The notes under the pieces are model-generated. The model did no database searches. It worked only from the letters and a program-made list of their open reading frames with translations, and was not told where the DNA came from. Positions 46,001 to 62,600 of a DNA stretch of 64,000 nucleotides are shown here, piece after piece. The translations under genes were made by a program, and so were the position numbers. The number at the start of each line of letters is the position of its first letter. Position 1 is the first letter of the stretch. Source of the DNA: Eledone cirrhosa (taxonomy: Eukaryota); NCBI GenBank assembly GCA_964016885.1, contig OZ024744.1, positions 47,926,001 through 47,990,000 on the forward strand. Direction: 5' to 3'.

Positions 46001-49000
46001 ACTATCAAGACCAGAACACCAACCACATCACATTAGACTATCAAGACCAGAACACCAACCACATCACATTAGACTATCAAGACCTGAACACCAACCACAT
46101 CACATTAGACTATCAAGACCAGAACACCAACAACATCACATTAGACTATCAAGACCAGAACACCAACCACATTAGACTATCAAGAACAGAACACCAACAA
46201 CATTAGACTATCAAGACCATAACACCAACCACATTAGACTATCAAGAACAGAACACCAACCACATTAGACTATCAAGACCAGAACACCAACAACAATAGA
46301 CTATCAAGACCAGAACACCAACCACATTAGACTATCAAGAACAGAACACCAACCACATTAGACTATCAAGACAAGAACACCAACCACATTAGACTATCAA
46401 GAACAGAACACCAACCACATTAGACTATCAAGACCAGAACACCAACCACATCACATTAGCCTATCAAGAACAGAACACCAACCACATTAGACTATCAAGA
46501 CCAGAACACCAACCACATTATACTATCAAAACCAGAACACAAACCACATCACATTAGACTATCAAGACCAGAACACCAACCACATTAGACTATCAAGACC
46601 AGAACACCAACCACATCACATTAGAATATCCAGACCAGAACACCAACCATATCACATTAGACTATCAAGACCTGAACACCAACAACATCACATTAGACTA
46701 TCAAGACCAGAACACCAACAACATCACATTAGACTATCAAGACCAGAACACCAACCACATTAGACTATCAAGAACATAACACCAACAACATTAGACTATC
46801 AAGAACATAACACCAACCACATTAGACTATCAAGAACAGAACACCAACCACATTAGACTATCAAGAACAGAATACCAACCACATTAGACTATCAAGACCA
46901 GAACACCAACAACATCACATTAGCCTATCAAGAACAGAACACCAACCACATTAGACTATCAAGACCAGAACACCAACCACATTAGACTATCAAGACCAGA
47001 ACACCAACCACATCACATTAGACTATCAAGACCAGAACACCAACCACATTAGACTATCAAGACAAGAACACCAACCACATCACATTAGAATATCAAGACC
47101 AGAACACCAATCACATCACATTAGACTATCAAGACCTGAACACCAACCACATCACATTAGACTATCAACACCAGAACACCAACAACATCACATTAGACTA
47201 TCAAGACCAGAACACCAACCACATTAGACTATCAAGAACATAACACCAGCAACATTAGACTATCAATACCATAACACCAACCACATTAGACTATCAAGAA
47301 CAGAACACCAACCACATTAGACTATCAAGACCAGAACACCAACAACAATAGACTATCAAGACCAGAACACCAACCACATTAGACTATCAAGAACAGAACA
47401 CCAACCATATTAGACTATCAAGACCAGAACACCAACCACATTAGACTATCAAGAACAGAACACCAACCACATTAGACTATCAAGAACAGAACACCAACCA
47501 CATTAGTCTATCAAGACCAGAACAACAACCACATTAGACTATCAAGACCAGAACACCAACCACATCACATTAGACTATCAAGACCAGAACACCAACCACA
47601 TTAGACTATCAAGACCAGAACACCAACCACATCACATTAGACTATCAAGACCAGAACACCAACCACATCACATTAGACTATCAAGACCTGAACACCAACC
47701 ACATCACATTAGACTATCAAGACCAGAACACCAACAACATCACATTAGACTATCAAGACCAGAACACCAACCACATTAGACTATCAAGAACAGAACACCA
47801 ACAACATTAGACTATCAAGACCATAACACCAACCACATTAGACTATCAAGAACAGAACACCAACCACATTAGACTATCAAGACCAGAACACCAACAACAA
47901 TAGACTATCAAGACCAGAACACCAACCACATTAGACTATCAAGAACAGAACACCAACCACATTAGACTATCAAGACCAGACCACGAACCACATTAGACTA
48001 TCAAGAACAGAATACCAACCACATTAGACTATCAAGAACAGAACACCAACCACATTAGACTATCAAGACCAGAACACCAACCACATCACATTAGCCTATC
48101 TAGAACAGAACACCAACCACATTAGACTATCAAGACCAGAACACCAACCACATTAGACTATCAAAACCAGAACACCAACCACATCACATTAGACTATCAA
48201 GACCAGAACACCACCCACATTAGACTATCAAGACCAGAACACCAACCACATCACATTAGAATATCAAGACCAGAACACCAACCATATCACATTAGACTAT
48301 CAAGACCTGAACACCAACCACATCACATTAGACTATCAAGACCAGAACACCAACAACATCACATTAGACTATCAAGACCAGAACACAAACCACATTAGAC
48401 TATCAAGAACATAACACCAACAACATTAGACTATCAAGACCATAACACCCACCACATTAGACTATCAAGAACAGAATACCAACCACATTAGACTATCAAG
48501 ACCAGAACACCAACAACAATAGACTATCAAGACCAGAACACCAACCACATTAGACTATCAAGAACAGAGCACCAACCACATTAGACTATCAAGACCAGAA
48601 CACCAACCACATTAGACTATCAAGAACAGAACACCAACCACACTAGACTATCAAGAACAGAACACCAACCACATTAGTCTATCAAGACCAGAACACCAAC
48701 CACATCACATTAGCCTATCAAGAACAGAACACCAACCACATTAGACTATCAAGACCAGAACACCAACCACATTAGACTATCAAGACAAGAACACCAACCA
48801 CATCACATTAGACTATCAAGACCAGAACACCAACCACATCAGATTAGACTATCCTGACCAGAACACCAACCACATTAGACTATCAAGAACAGAACTCCAA
48901 CCACATTACACTATCAAGACCAGAACTCCAACCACATCACATTAGACTATCAAGACCAGAACACCAACCACATCACATTAGACTATCAAGACCAGAACAC

Positions 49001-49350
49001 CAACCACATTAGACTATCATGACCAGAACACCAACCACATTAGACTATCAAGACCATAACACCAACCACATCACATCAGACTATCAAGAGCAGAACACCA
49101 ACCACATTAGACTATCAAGACCAGAACACCAACCACATTAGACTATCAAGACCAGAACACCAACCACATTAGACTATCAAGACCAGAACACCAACCACAT
49201 TAGACTATCAAGACCAGAACACCAACCACATTAGACTATCAAGACCAGAACACCAACCACATTAGACTATCAAGACCAGAACACCAACCACATTAGACTA
49301 TCAAGACCAGAACACCAACCACATTAGACTATCAAGACCAGAACACCAAC

Positions 49351-52300
49351 CACATCACATAAGACTATCAAGACCAGAACATAAACCACATCACATTAGA
49401 CTATCAAGACCAGAACACCAACCACATCACATTAGACTATCAAGACCAGAACACCAACCACATCACATTAGACTATCAAGACCTGAACACCAACCACATC
49501 ACATTAGACTATCAAGACCAGAACACCAACAACATCACATTAGACTATCAAGACCAGAACACCAACCACATTAGACTATCAAGAACAGAACACCAACAAC
49601 ATTAGACTATCAAGACCATAACACCAACCACATTAGACTATCAAGACCAGAACACCAACCACATTAGACTATCAAGAACATAACACCAACAACATTAGAC
49701 TATCAAGAACATAACACCAACCACATTAGACTATCAAGAACAGAACACCAACCACATTAGACTATCAAGAACAGAATACCAACCACATTAGACTATCAAG
49801 ACCAGAACACCAATAACATCACATTAGCCTATCAAGAACAGAACACCAACCACATTAGACTATCAAGACCAGAACACCAACCACATTAGACTATCAAGAC
49901 CAGAACACCAACCACATCACATTAGACTATCAAGACCAGAACACCAACCACATTAGACTATCAAGACTAGAACACCAACCACATCACATTAGAATATCAA
50001 GACCAGAACACCAATCACATCACATTAGACTATCAAGACCTGAACACCAACCACATCACATTAGACTATCAACACCAGAACACCAACAACATCACATTAG
50101 ACTATCAAGACCAGAACACCAACCACATTAGACTATCAAGAACATAACACCAGCAACATTAGACTATCAATACCATAACACCAACCACATTAGACTATCA
50201 AGAACAGAACACCAACCACATTAGACTATCAAGACCAGAACACCAACAACAATAGACTATCAAGACCAGAACACCAACCACATTAGACTATCAAGAACAG
50301 AACACCAACCATATTAGACTATCAAGACCAGAACACCAACCACATTAGACTATCAAGAACAGAACACCAACCATATTAGACTATCAAGACCAGAACACCA
50401 ACCACATTAGACTATCAAGAACAGAACACCAACCACATTAGACTATCAAGAACAGAACACCAACCACATTAGACTATCAAGACCAGAACACCAACCACAT
50501 CACATTAGCCTATCAAGAACAGAACACCAACCACATTAGACTATCAAGACCAGAACACCAACCACATTAGACTATCAAGAACAGAACACAAACAACATTA
50601 GACTATCAAGACCAGAACACCAACCACATTAGACTATCAAGACCAGAACACCAAACACATTACACTATCAAGAACAGAACACCAACCACATTAGACTATC
50701 AAGAACAGAACACCAACCACATTAGACTATCAAGAACAGAACACCAACCACATTAGACTATCAAGAACAGAACACCAACCACATTAGACTATCAAGAACA
50801 GAACACCAACCACATTAGACTATCAAGAACAGAACACAAACCACATTAGACTATCAAGACCAGAACATTAACAGCATCACATAGTCTATCAAGACCAGAA
50901 CAGCAACAACATCACATTAGACTATCAAGACCAGAACACCACCCACATCACATTAGACTATCAAGACCAGAACACCAAACACATCACATTAGACTGTCAA
51001 GACCAGAACACCAACCACATTAGACTACCAAGACCAGAACACCAACCACATCACATTGGACTATTAAGACCAGAACACCAACCACATTAGACTATCAAGA
51101 CCAGAACTCCAACCACATTAGACTATCAAGACCAGAACACCAACCACATCACATTAGACTATCAAAACCATAACACCAACCACATTAGACTATCAAGACC
51201 ATAACACCAACCACATTAGACTATCAAGACCAGAACAACAACTAGATCACATTAGACTATCAAGACCAGAACATCAACAATATCATTTTAGACTATCAAG
51301 ACCAGAACACCAACAACATAACATTAGACTATCAAGACCAGAACACCAACCACATCACATTAGACTATCAAGACCGGAACACCAACCACATCACATTAGA
51401 CTATCAAGACCAGAACACCAACCACATCACATTAGACTATCAAGACGTGAACACCAACCACATTAGACTATCAAGACCAGAACACCAACCACATTAGACT
51501 ATCAAGACCAGAACACCAACCACATTAGACTATCAAGACCAGAACACCAACCACATCACATTAGACTATCAAGACCAGAACACCAACCACATTAGATTTC
51601 AAGACCAGAACACCAACCACATTATACTATCAAGACCAGAACACCAACCACATTAGACTATCAAGACCAGAACACCAACCACATCACATTAGACTATCAA
51701 GAACAGAACACCAACCACATCACATTAGACTATCAAGACCAGTACACCAACCACATCACATTAGACTATCAAGACCAGAACACCAACCACATCACATTAG
51801 ACTATCAAGACGTGAACACCAACCACATTAGACTATCAAGACCAGAACACCAACAACATTAGACTATCAAGACCAGAACACCAACCACATTAGACTATCA
51901 AGACCAGAACACCAACCACATCACATTAGACTATCAAGACCAGAACACCAACAACATCACATTAGACTACCAAGACCATAACACCAACCATATTAAACTA
52001 TCAAGACCAGAACACCAACCACATCACATTAGACTATCAAGACCAGAACACCAACCACATTAGACTATCAAGACCAGAACACCAATCACATTAGACTATC
52101 AAGACCAGAACACCAACCACATCACATTAGAATATCAAGACCAGAACACCAACCACATTAGACTATCAAGACCAGAACACCAACCACATCACATTAGACT
52201 ATCAAGACCAGAACACCAACCACATTAGACTATCAAGAACAGAACACCAACCACATTAGACTATCAAGAAAAGAACACCAACCACATTAGACTATCAAGA

Positions 52301-55300
52301 CCAGAACACCAACCACATCACATTAGACTATCAAGACCAGAACACTAACCACATTAGACTATCAAGACCAGAACACTAACAACATCACATAGTCTATCAA
52401 GACCAGAACACCAACAACATCACAATAGACTATAAAGACCAGAACACCAACAACATCACATTAGACTATCAAGACCAGAACACCACCCACATCACATTAG
52501 ACTATCAAAACCAGAACACCAAACACATCACATAAGACTATCAAGACCAGAACACCAACCACATTAGACTACCATGACCAGAACAACAACCACATCACAT
52601 TAGACTATTAAGACCAGAACACCAACCACATCACATTAGACTATCAAGACCAGAACACCAACCACATTAGACTATCAAGACCAGAACTCCAACCACATCA
52701 CATTAGACTATCAAGACCAGAACACCAACCACATTAGACTATCAAGACCAGAACACCAACCACATCACATTAGACTATCAAGACCAGAACACCAACCACA
52801 TCACATTAGACTATCAAGACCAGAACACCAACCACATCACATTAGACTATCAAGACCATAACACCAACCACATTAGACTATCAAGACCATAACACCAACC
52901 ACATTAGACTATCAAGACCAGAACACCAACCACATTAGACTATCAAGACCAGAACACCAACCACATTAGACTATCAAGACCAGAACACCAATCACATCAC
53001 ATAAGACTATCAAGACCAGAACATAAACCACATCACATTAGACTATCAAGACCAGAACACCAACCACATCACATTAGACTATCAAGACCAGAACACCAAC
53101 CACATCACATTAGACTATCAAGACCTGAACACCAACCACATCACATTAGACTATCAAGACCAGAACACCAACAACATCACATTAGACTATCAAGACCAGA
53201 ACACCAACCACATTAGACTATCAAGAACAGAACACCAACAACATTAGACTATCAAGACCATAACACCAACCACATTAGACTATCAAGACCAGAACACCAA
53301 CCACATTAGACTATCAAGAACATAACACCAACAACATTAGACTATCAAGAACATAACACCAACCACATTAGACTATCAAGAACAGAACACCAACCACATT
53401 AGACTATCAAGAACAGAATACCAACCACATTAGACTATCAAGACCAGAACACCAATAACATCACATTAGCCTATCAAGAACAGAACACCAACCACATTAG
53501 ACTATCAAGACCAGAACACCAACCACATTAGACTATCAAGACCAGAACACCAACCACATCACATTAGACTATCAAGACCAGAACACCAACCACATTAGAC
53601 TATCAAGACTAGAACACCAACCACATCACATTAGAATATCAAGACCAGAACACCAATCACATCACATTAGACTATCAAGACCTGAACACCAACCACATCA
53701 CATTAGACTATCAACACCAGAACACCAACAACATCACATTAGACTATCAAGACCAGAACACCAACCACATTAGACTATCAAGAACATAACACCAGCAACA
53801 TTAGACTATCAATACCATAACACCAACCACATTAGACTATCAAGAACAGAACACCAACCACATTAGACTATCAAGACCAGAACACCAACAACAATAGACT
53901 ATCAAGACCAGAACACCAACCACATTAGACTATCAAGAACAGAACACCAACCATATTAGACTATCAAGACCAGAACACCAACCACATTAGACTATCAAGA
54001 ACAGAACACCAACCATATTAGACTATCAAGACCAGAACACCAACCACATTAGACTATCAAGAACAGAACACCAACCACATTAGACTATCAAGAACAGAAC
54101 ACCAACCACATTAGACTATCAAGACCAGAACACCAACCACATCACATTAGCCTATCAAGAACAGAACACCAACCACATTAGACTATCAAGACCAGAACAC
54201 CAACCACATTAGACTATCAAGAACAGAACACAAACAACATTAGACTATCAAGACCAGAACACCAACCACATTAGACTATCAAGACCAGAACACCAAACAC
54301 ATTACACTATCAAGAACAGAACACCAACCACATTAGACTATCAAGAACAGAACACCAACCACATTAGACTATCAAGAACAGAACACCAACCACATTAGAC
54401 TATCAAGAACAGAACACCAACCACATTAGACTATCAAGAACAGAACACCAACCACATTAGACTATCAAGAACAGAACACAAACCACATTAGACTATCAAG
54501 ACCAGAACATTAACAGCATCACATAGTCTATCAAGACCAGAACAGCAACAACATCACATTAGACTATCAAGACCAGAACACCACCCACATCACATTAGAC
54601 TATCAAGACCAGAACACCAAACACATCACATTAGACTGTCAAGACCAGAACACCAACCACATTAGACTACCAAGACCAGAACACCAACCACATCACATTG
54701 GACTATTAAGACCAGAACACCAACCACATTAGACTATCAAGACCAGAACTCCAACCACATTAGACTATCAAGACCAGAACACCAACCACATCACATTAGA
54801 CTATCAAAACCATAACACCAACCACATTAGACTATCAAGACCATAACACCAACCACATTAGACTATCAAGACCAGAACAACAACTAGATCACATTAGACT
54901 ATCAAGACCAGAACATCAACAATATCATTTTAGACTATCAAGACCAGAACACCAACAACATAACATTAGACTATCAAGACCAGAACACCAACCACATCAC
55001 ATTAGACTATCAAGACCGGAACACCAACCACATCACATTAGACTATCAAGACCAGAACACCAACCACATCACATTAGACTATCAAGACGTGAACACCAAC
55101 CACATTAGACTATCAAGACCAGAACACCAACCACATTAGACTATCAAGACCAGAACACCAACCACATTAGACTATCAAGACCAGAACACCAACCACATCA
55201 CATTAGACTATCAAGACCAGAACACCAACCACATTAGATTTCAAGACCAGAACACCAACCACATTATACTATCAAGACCAGAACACCAACCACATTAGAC

Positions 55301-56757
55301 TATCAAGACCAGAACACCAACCACATCACATTAGACTATCAAGAACAGAACACCAACCACATCACATTAGACTATCAAGACCAGTACACCAACCACATCA
55401 CATTAGACTATCAAGACCAGAACACCAACCACATCACATTAGACTATCAAGACGTGAACACCAACCACATTAGACTATCAAGACCAGAACACCAACAACA
55501 TTAGACTATCAAGACCAGAACACCAACCACATTAGACTATCAAGACCAGAACACCAACCACATCACATTAGACTATCAAGACCAGAACACCAACAACATC
55601 ACATTAGACTACCAAGACCATAACACCAACCATATTAAACTATCAAGACCAGAACACCAACCACATCACATTAGACTATCAAGACCAGAACACCAACCAC
55701 ATTAGACTATCAAGACCAGAACACCAATCACATTAGACTATCAAGACCAGAACACCAACCACATCACATTAGAATATCAAGACCAGAACACCAACCACAT
55801 TAGACTATCAAGACCAGAACACCAACCACATCACATTAGACTATCAAGACCAGAACACCAACCACATTAGACTATCAAGAACAGAACACCAACCACATTA
55901 GACTATCAAGAAAAGAACACCAACCACATTAGACTATCAAGACCAGAACACCAACCACATCACATTAGACTATCAAGACCAGAACACTAACCACATTAGA
56001 CTATCAAGACCAGAACACTAACAACATCACATAGTCTATCAAGACCAGAACACCAACAACATCACAATAGACTATAAAGACCAGAACACCAACAACATCA
56101 CATTAGACTATCAAGACCAGAACACCACCCACATCACATTAGACTATCAAAACCAGAACACCAAACACATCACATAAGACTATCAAGACCAGAACACCAA
56201 CCACATTAGACTACCATGACCAGAACAACAACCACATCACATTAGACTATTAAGACCAGAACACCAACCACATCACATTAGACTATCAAGACCAGAACAC
56301 CAACCACATTAGACTATCAAGACCAGAACTCCAACCACATCACATTAGACTATCAAGACCAGAACACCAACCACATTAGACTATCAAGACCAGAACACCA
56401 ACCACATCACATTAGACTATCAAGACCAGAACACCAACCACATCACATTAGACTATCAAGACCAGAACACCAACCACATCACATTAGACTATCAAGACCA
56501 TAACACCAACCACATTAGACTATCAAGACCATAACACCAACCACATTAGACTATCAAGACCAGAACACCAACCACATTAGACTATCAAGACCAGAACACC
56601 AACCACATTAGACTATCAAGACCAGAACACCAATCACATCACATAAGACTATCAAGACCAGAACATAAACCACATCACATTAGACTATCAAGACCAGAAC
56701 ACCAACCACATCACATTAGACTATCAAGACCAGAACACCAACCACATCACATTAGAC
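49351..56757 (+). repeat. Tandem duplication with 3642-bp period (49351-53115 vs 52993-56757)
   Basis: AGACTGTC at 50991/54633 and AACAACTAGA at 51237/54879 are both +3642. CAATAACATC is present in both copies. Flanking mismatches are at 49350/52992 and 53116/56758. Confidence 0.92.
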
Positions 56758-59184
56758 CATCAAGACCAGAACACCAACCACATCACATTAGACTATCAAG
56801 ACCAGAACACCAACCACATCACATTAGACTATCAAGACCAGAACACCAACCACATTAGACTATCAAGACCAGAACACCAACCACATTAGACTATCAAGAC
56901 CAGAACACCAACCACATTAGACTATCAAGACCAGAACACCAACCACATCACATAAGACTATCAAGACCAGAACATAAACCACATCACATTAGACTATCAA
57001 GACCAGAACACCAACCACATCACATTAGACTATCAAGACCAGAACACCAACCACATCACATTAGACTATCAAGACCAGAACACTAACCACATTAGACTAT
57101 CAAGACCAGAACACCAACCACATTAGACTATCAAGACCAGAACACCAACCACATTAGACTATCAAGACCAGAACACCAACCACATTAGACTATCAAGACC
57201 AGAACTCCAACCACATTAGACTATCAAGACCAGAACACCAACCACATCACATTAGACTATCAAGACCAGAACACCAACAATATCATTTTAGACTATCAAG
57301 ACCAGAACACCAACCACATTAGACTATCAAGACCAGAACACCAACAACATTAGACTATCAAGACCAGAACACCAACCACATCACATTAGACTATCAAGAC
57401 CAGAACACCAACCACGTTAGACTATCAAGACCAGAACACCAACCACATCACATTTGACTATCAAGACCAGAACACCAACCACATCACATTAGACTATCAA
57501 GACCAGAACACAAACCACATCACATTAGACTATCAAGACCAGAACACCAACCACATCACATTAGACTATCAAGACCAGAACACCAACCACATTAGACTAT
57601 CAAGACCAGAACTCCAACCACATTAGACTATCAAGAGAAGAACACCAACCACATCACATTAGACTATCAAGACCAGAACTCCAACCACATTAGACTATCA
57701 AGACCAGAACACCAACAACATTAGACTATCAACACCAGAACACCAACCACATTAGACTATCAAGACCAGAACTCCAACCACATTAGACTATCAAGACCAG
57801 AACACCAACCACATTAGACTATCAAGACCAGAACACCAACCACATCACATTTGACTATCAAGACCAGAACACCAACCACATCACATTAGACTATCAACAC
57901 CAGAAAACCAACCACATCACATTAGACTATCAAGACCAGAACACCAACCACATCACATTAGACTATCAAGACCAGAACACCAACCACATTAGACTATCAA
58001 GACCAGAACACCAACCACATCACATTAGACTATCAAGACAGAACACCAACCACATTATACTATCAAGACCAGAACACCAACCACAATAGACTATCAAGAC
58101 CAGAACACCAACCACATCACATTAGACTATCAAGACCAGAACACCAACCACATTAGACTATCAAGACCAGAACACCAACCACATTAGACTATCAAGACCA
58201 GAACACCAACCACATTAGACTATCAAGACCAGAACACCAACCACATTAGACTATCAAGACCAGAACACCAACCACATTAGACTATCAAGACCAGAACACC
58301 AACCACATTAGACTATCAAGACCAGAACACCAACCACATCACATTAGACTATCAAGACCAGAACACCAAACACATTAGACTATCAAGACCAGAACACCAA
58401 CCACATTAGACTATCAAGACCAGAACACCAACCACATTAGACTATCAAGACCATAACACCAACCACATCACATCAGACTATCAAGAGCAGAACACCAACC
58501 ACATTAGACTATCAAGACCAGAACACCAACCACATTAGACAATCAAGAACAGAACTCCAACCACATTACAATATCAAGACCAGAACACCAACCACATCAC
58601 ATTAGACTATCAAGACCAGAACACCAACCACATCACATTAGACTATCAAGACCAGAACACCAACCACATTAGACTATCATGACCAGAACACCAACCACAT
58701 TAGACTATCAAGACCATAACACCAACCACATCACATCAGACTATCAAGAGCAGAACACCAACCACATTAGACTATCAAGACCAGAACACCAACCACATTA
58801 GACTATCAAGACCATAACACCAACCACATTAGACTATCAAGACCAGAACACCAACCACATTAGACTATCAAGACCAGAACACCAACCACATTAGACTATC
58901 AAGACCAGAACACCAACCACATTAGACTATCAAGACCAGAACACCAACCACATTAGACTATCAAGACCAGAACACCAACCACATCACATAAGACTATCAA
59001 GACCAGAACATAAACCACATCACATTAGACTATCAAGACCAGAACACCAACCACATCACATTAGACTATCAAGACCAGAACACCAACCACATCACATTAG
59101 ACTATCAAGACCTGAACACCAACCACATCACATTAGACTATCAAGACCAGAACACCAACAACATCACATTAGACTATCAAGACC

Positions 59185-59660
59185 AGAACACCAACCACAT
59201 TAGACTATCAAGAACAGAACACCAACAACATTAGACTATCAAGACCATAACACCAACCACATTAGACTATCAAGAACAGAACACCAACCACATTAGACTA
59301 TCAAGACCAGAACACCAACAACAATAGACTATCAAGACCAGAACACCAACCACATTAGACTATCAAGAACAGAACACCAACCACATTAGACTATCAAGAC
59401 AAGAACACCAACCACATTAGACTATCAAGAACAGAACACCAACAACATTAGACTATCAAGACCATAACACCAACCACATTAGACTATCAAGAACAGAACA
59501 CCAACCACATTAGACTATCAAGACCAGAACACCAACAACAATAGACTATCAAGACCAGAACACCAACCACATTAGACTATCAAGAACAGAACACCAACCA
59601 CATTAGACTATCAAGACAAGAACACCAACCACATTAGACTATCAAGAACAGAACACCAAC
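59185..59660 (+). repeat. Local 7-monomer (217 bp) tandem duplication
   Basis: AAGACCATAA at 59241 and 59458. The run AAC/CAT/AAC/CAACAAT/CC/AAC/GACAAG occurs twice here but once in the homologous region near 31960-32180. Confidence 0.88.
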
Positions 59661-62600
59661 CACATTAGACTATCAAGACCAGAACACCAACCACATCACA
59701 TTAGCCTATCAAGAACAGAACACCAACCACATTAGACTATCAAGACCAGAACACCAACCACATTATACTATCAAAACCAGAACACCAACCACATCACATT
59801 AGACTATCAAGACCAGAACACCAACCACATTAGACTATCCAGACCAGAACACCAACCATATCACATTAGACTATCAAGACCTGAACACCAACAACATCAC
59901 ATTAGACTATCAAGACCAGAACACCAACAACATCACATTAGACTATCAAGACCAGAACACCAACCACATTAGACTATCAAGAACATAACACCAACAACAT
60001 TAGACTATCAAGAACATAACACCAACCACATTAGACTATCAAGAACAGAACACCAACCACATTAGACTATCAAGAACAGAATACCAACCACATTAGACTA
60101 TCAAGACCAGAACACCAACAACATCACATTAGCCTATCAAGAACAGAACACCAACCACATTAGACTATCAAGACCAGAACACCAACCACATTAGACTATC
60201 AAGACCAGAACACCAACCACATCACATTAGACTATCAAGACCAGAACACCAACCACATTAGACTATCAAGACAAGAACACCAACCACATCACATTAGAAT
60301 ATCAAGACCAGAACACCAATCACATCACATTAGACTATCAAGACCTGAACACCAACCACATCACATTAGACTATCAACACCAGAACACCAACAACATCAC
60401 ATTAGACTATCAAGACCAGAACACCAACCATTTTAGACTATCAAGAACATAACACCAGCAACATTAGACTATCAATACCATAACACCAACCACATTAGAC
60501 TATCAAGAACAGAACACCAACCACATTAGACTATCAAGACCAGAACACCAACAACAATAGACTATCAAGACCAGAACACCAACCACATTAGACTATCAAG
60601 AACAGAACACCAACCATATTAGACTATCAAGACCAGAACACCAACCACATTAGACTATCAAGAACAGAACACCAACCACATTAGACTATCAAGACCAGAA
60701 CAACAACCACATTAGACTATCAAGACCAGAACACCAACCACATCACATTAGACTATCAAGACCAGAACACCAACCACATTAGACTATCAAGACCAGAACA
60801 CCAACCACATCACATTAGACTATCAAGACCAGAACACCAACCACATCACATTAGACTATCAAGACCTGAACACCAACCACATCACATTAGACTATCAAGA
60901 CCAGAACACCAACAACATCACATTAGACTATCAAGACCAGAACACCAACCACATTAGACTATCAAGAACAGAACACCAACAACATTAGACTATCAAGACC
61001 ATAACACCAACCACATTAGACTATCAAGAACAGAACACCAACCACATTAGACTATCAAGACCAGAACACCAACAACAATAGACTATCAAGACCAGAACAC
61101 CAACCACATTAGACTATCAAGAACAGAACACCAACCACATTAGACTATCAAGACCAGACCACCAACCACATTAGACTATCAAGAACAGAATACCAACCAC
61201 ATTAGACTATCAAGAACAGAACACCAACCACATTAGACTATCAAGACCAGAACACCAACCACATCACATTAGCCTATCAAGAACAGAACACCAACCACAT
61301 TAGACTATCAAGACCAGAACACCAACCACATTAGACTATCAAAACCAGAACACCAACCACATCACATTAGACTATCAAGACCAGAACACCACCCACATTA
61401 GACTATCAAGACCAGAACACCAACCACATCACATTAGAATATCAAGACCAGAACACCAACCATATCACATTAGACTATCAAGACCTGAACACCAACCACA
61501 TCACATTAGACTATCAAGACCAGAACACCAACAACATCACATTAGACTATCAAGACCAGAACACAAACCACATTAGACTATCAAGAACATAACACCAACA
61601 ACATTAGACTATCAAGACCATAACACCCACCACATTAGACTATCAAGAACAGAATACCAACCACATTAGACTATCAAGACCAGAACACCAACAACAATAG
61701 ACTATCAAGACCAGAACACCAACCACATTAGACTATCAAGAACAGAACACCAACCACATTAGACTATCAAGACCAGAACACCAACCACATTAGACTATCA
61801 AGAACAGAACACCAACCACACTAGACTATCAAGAACAGAACACCAACCACATTAGTCTATCAAGACCAGAACACCAACCACATCACATTAGCCTATCAAG
61901 AACAGAACACCAACCACATTAGACTATCAAGACCAGAACACCAACCACATTAGACTATCAAGACAAGAACACCAACCACATCACATTAGACTATCAAGAC
62001 CAGAACACCAACCACATCAGATTAGACTATCCTGACCAGAACACCAACCACATTAGACTATCAAGAACAGAACTCCAACCACATTACACTATCAAGACCA
62101 GAACTCCAACCACATCACATTAGACTATCAAGACCAGAACACCAACCACATCACATTAGACTATCAAGACCAGAACACCAACCACATTAGACTATCATGA
62201 CCAGAACACCAACCACATTAGACTATCAAGACCATAACACCAACCACATCACATCAGACTATCAAGAGCAGAACACCAACCACATTAGACTATCAAGACC
62301 AGAACACCAACCACATTAGACTATCAAGACCAGAACACCAACCACATTAGACTATCAAGACCAGAACACCAACCACATTAGACTATCAAGACCAGAACAC
62401 CAACCACATTAGACTATCAAGACCAGAACACCAACCACATTAGACTATCAAGACCAGAACACCAACCACATTAGACTATCAAGACCAGAACACCAACCAC
62501 ATTAGACTATCAAGACCAGAACACCAACCACATCACATAAGACTATCAAGACCAGAACATAAACCACATCACATTAGACTATCAAGACCAGAACACCAAC

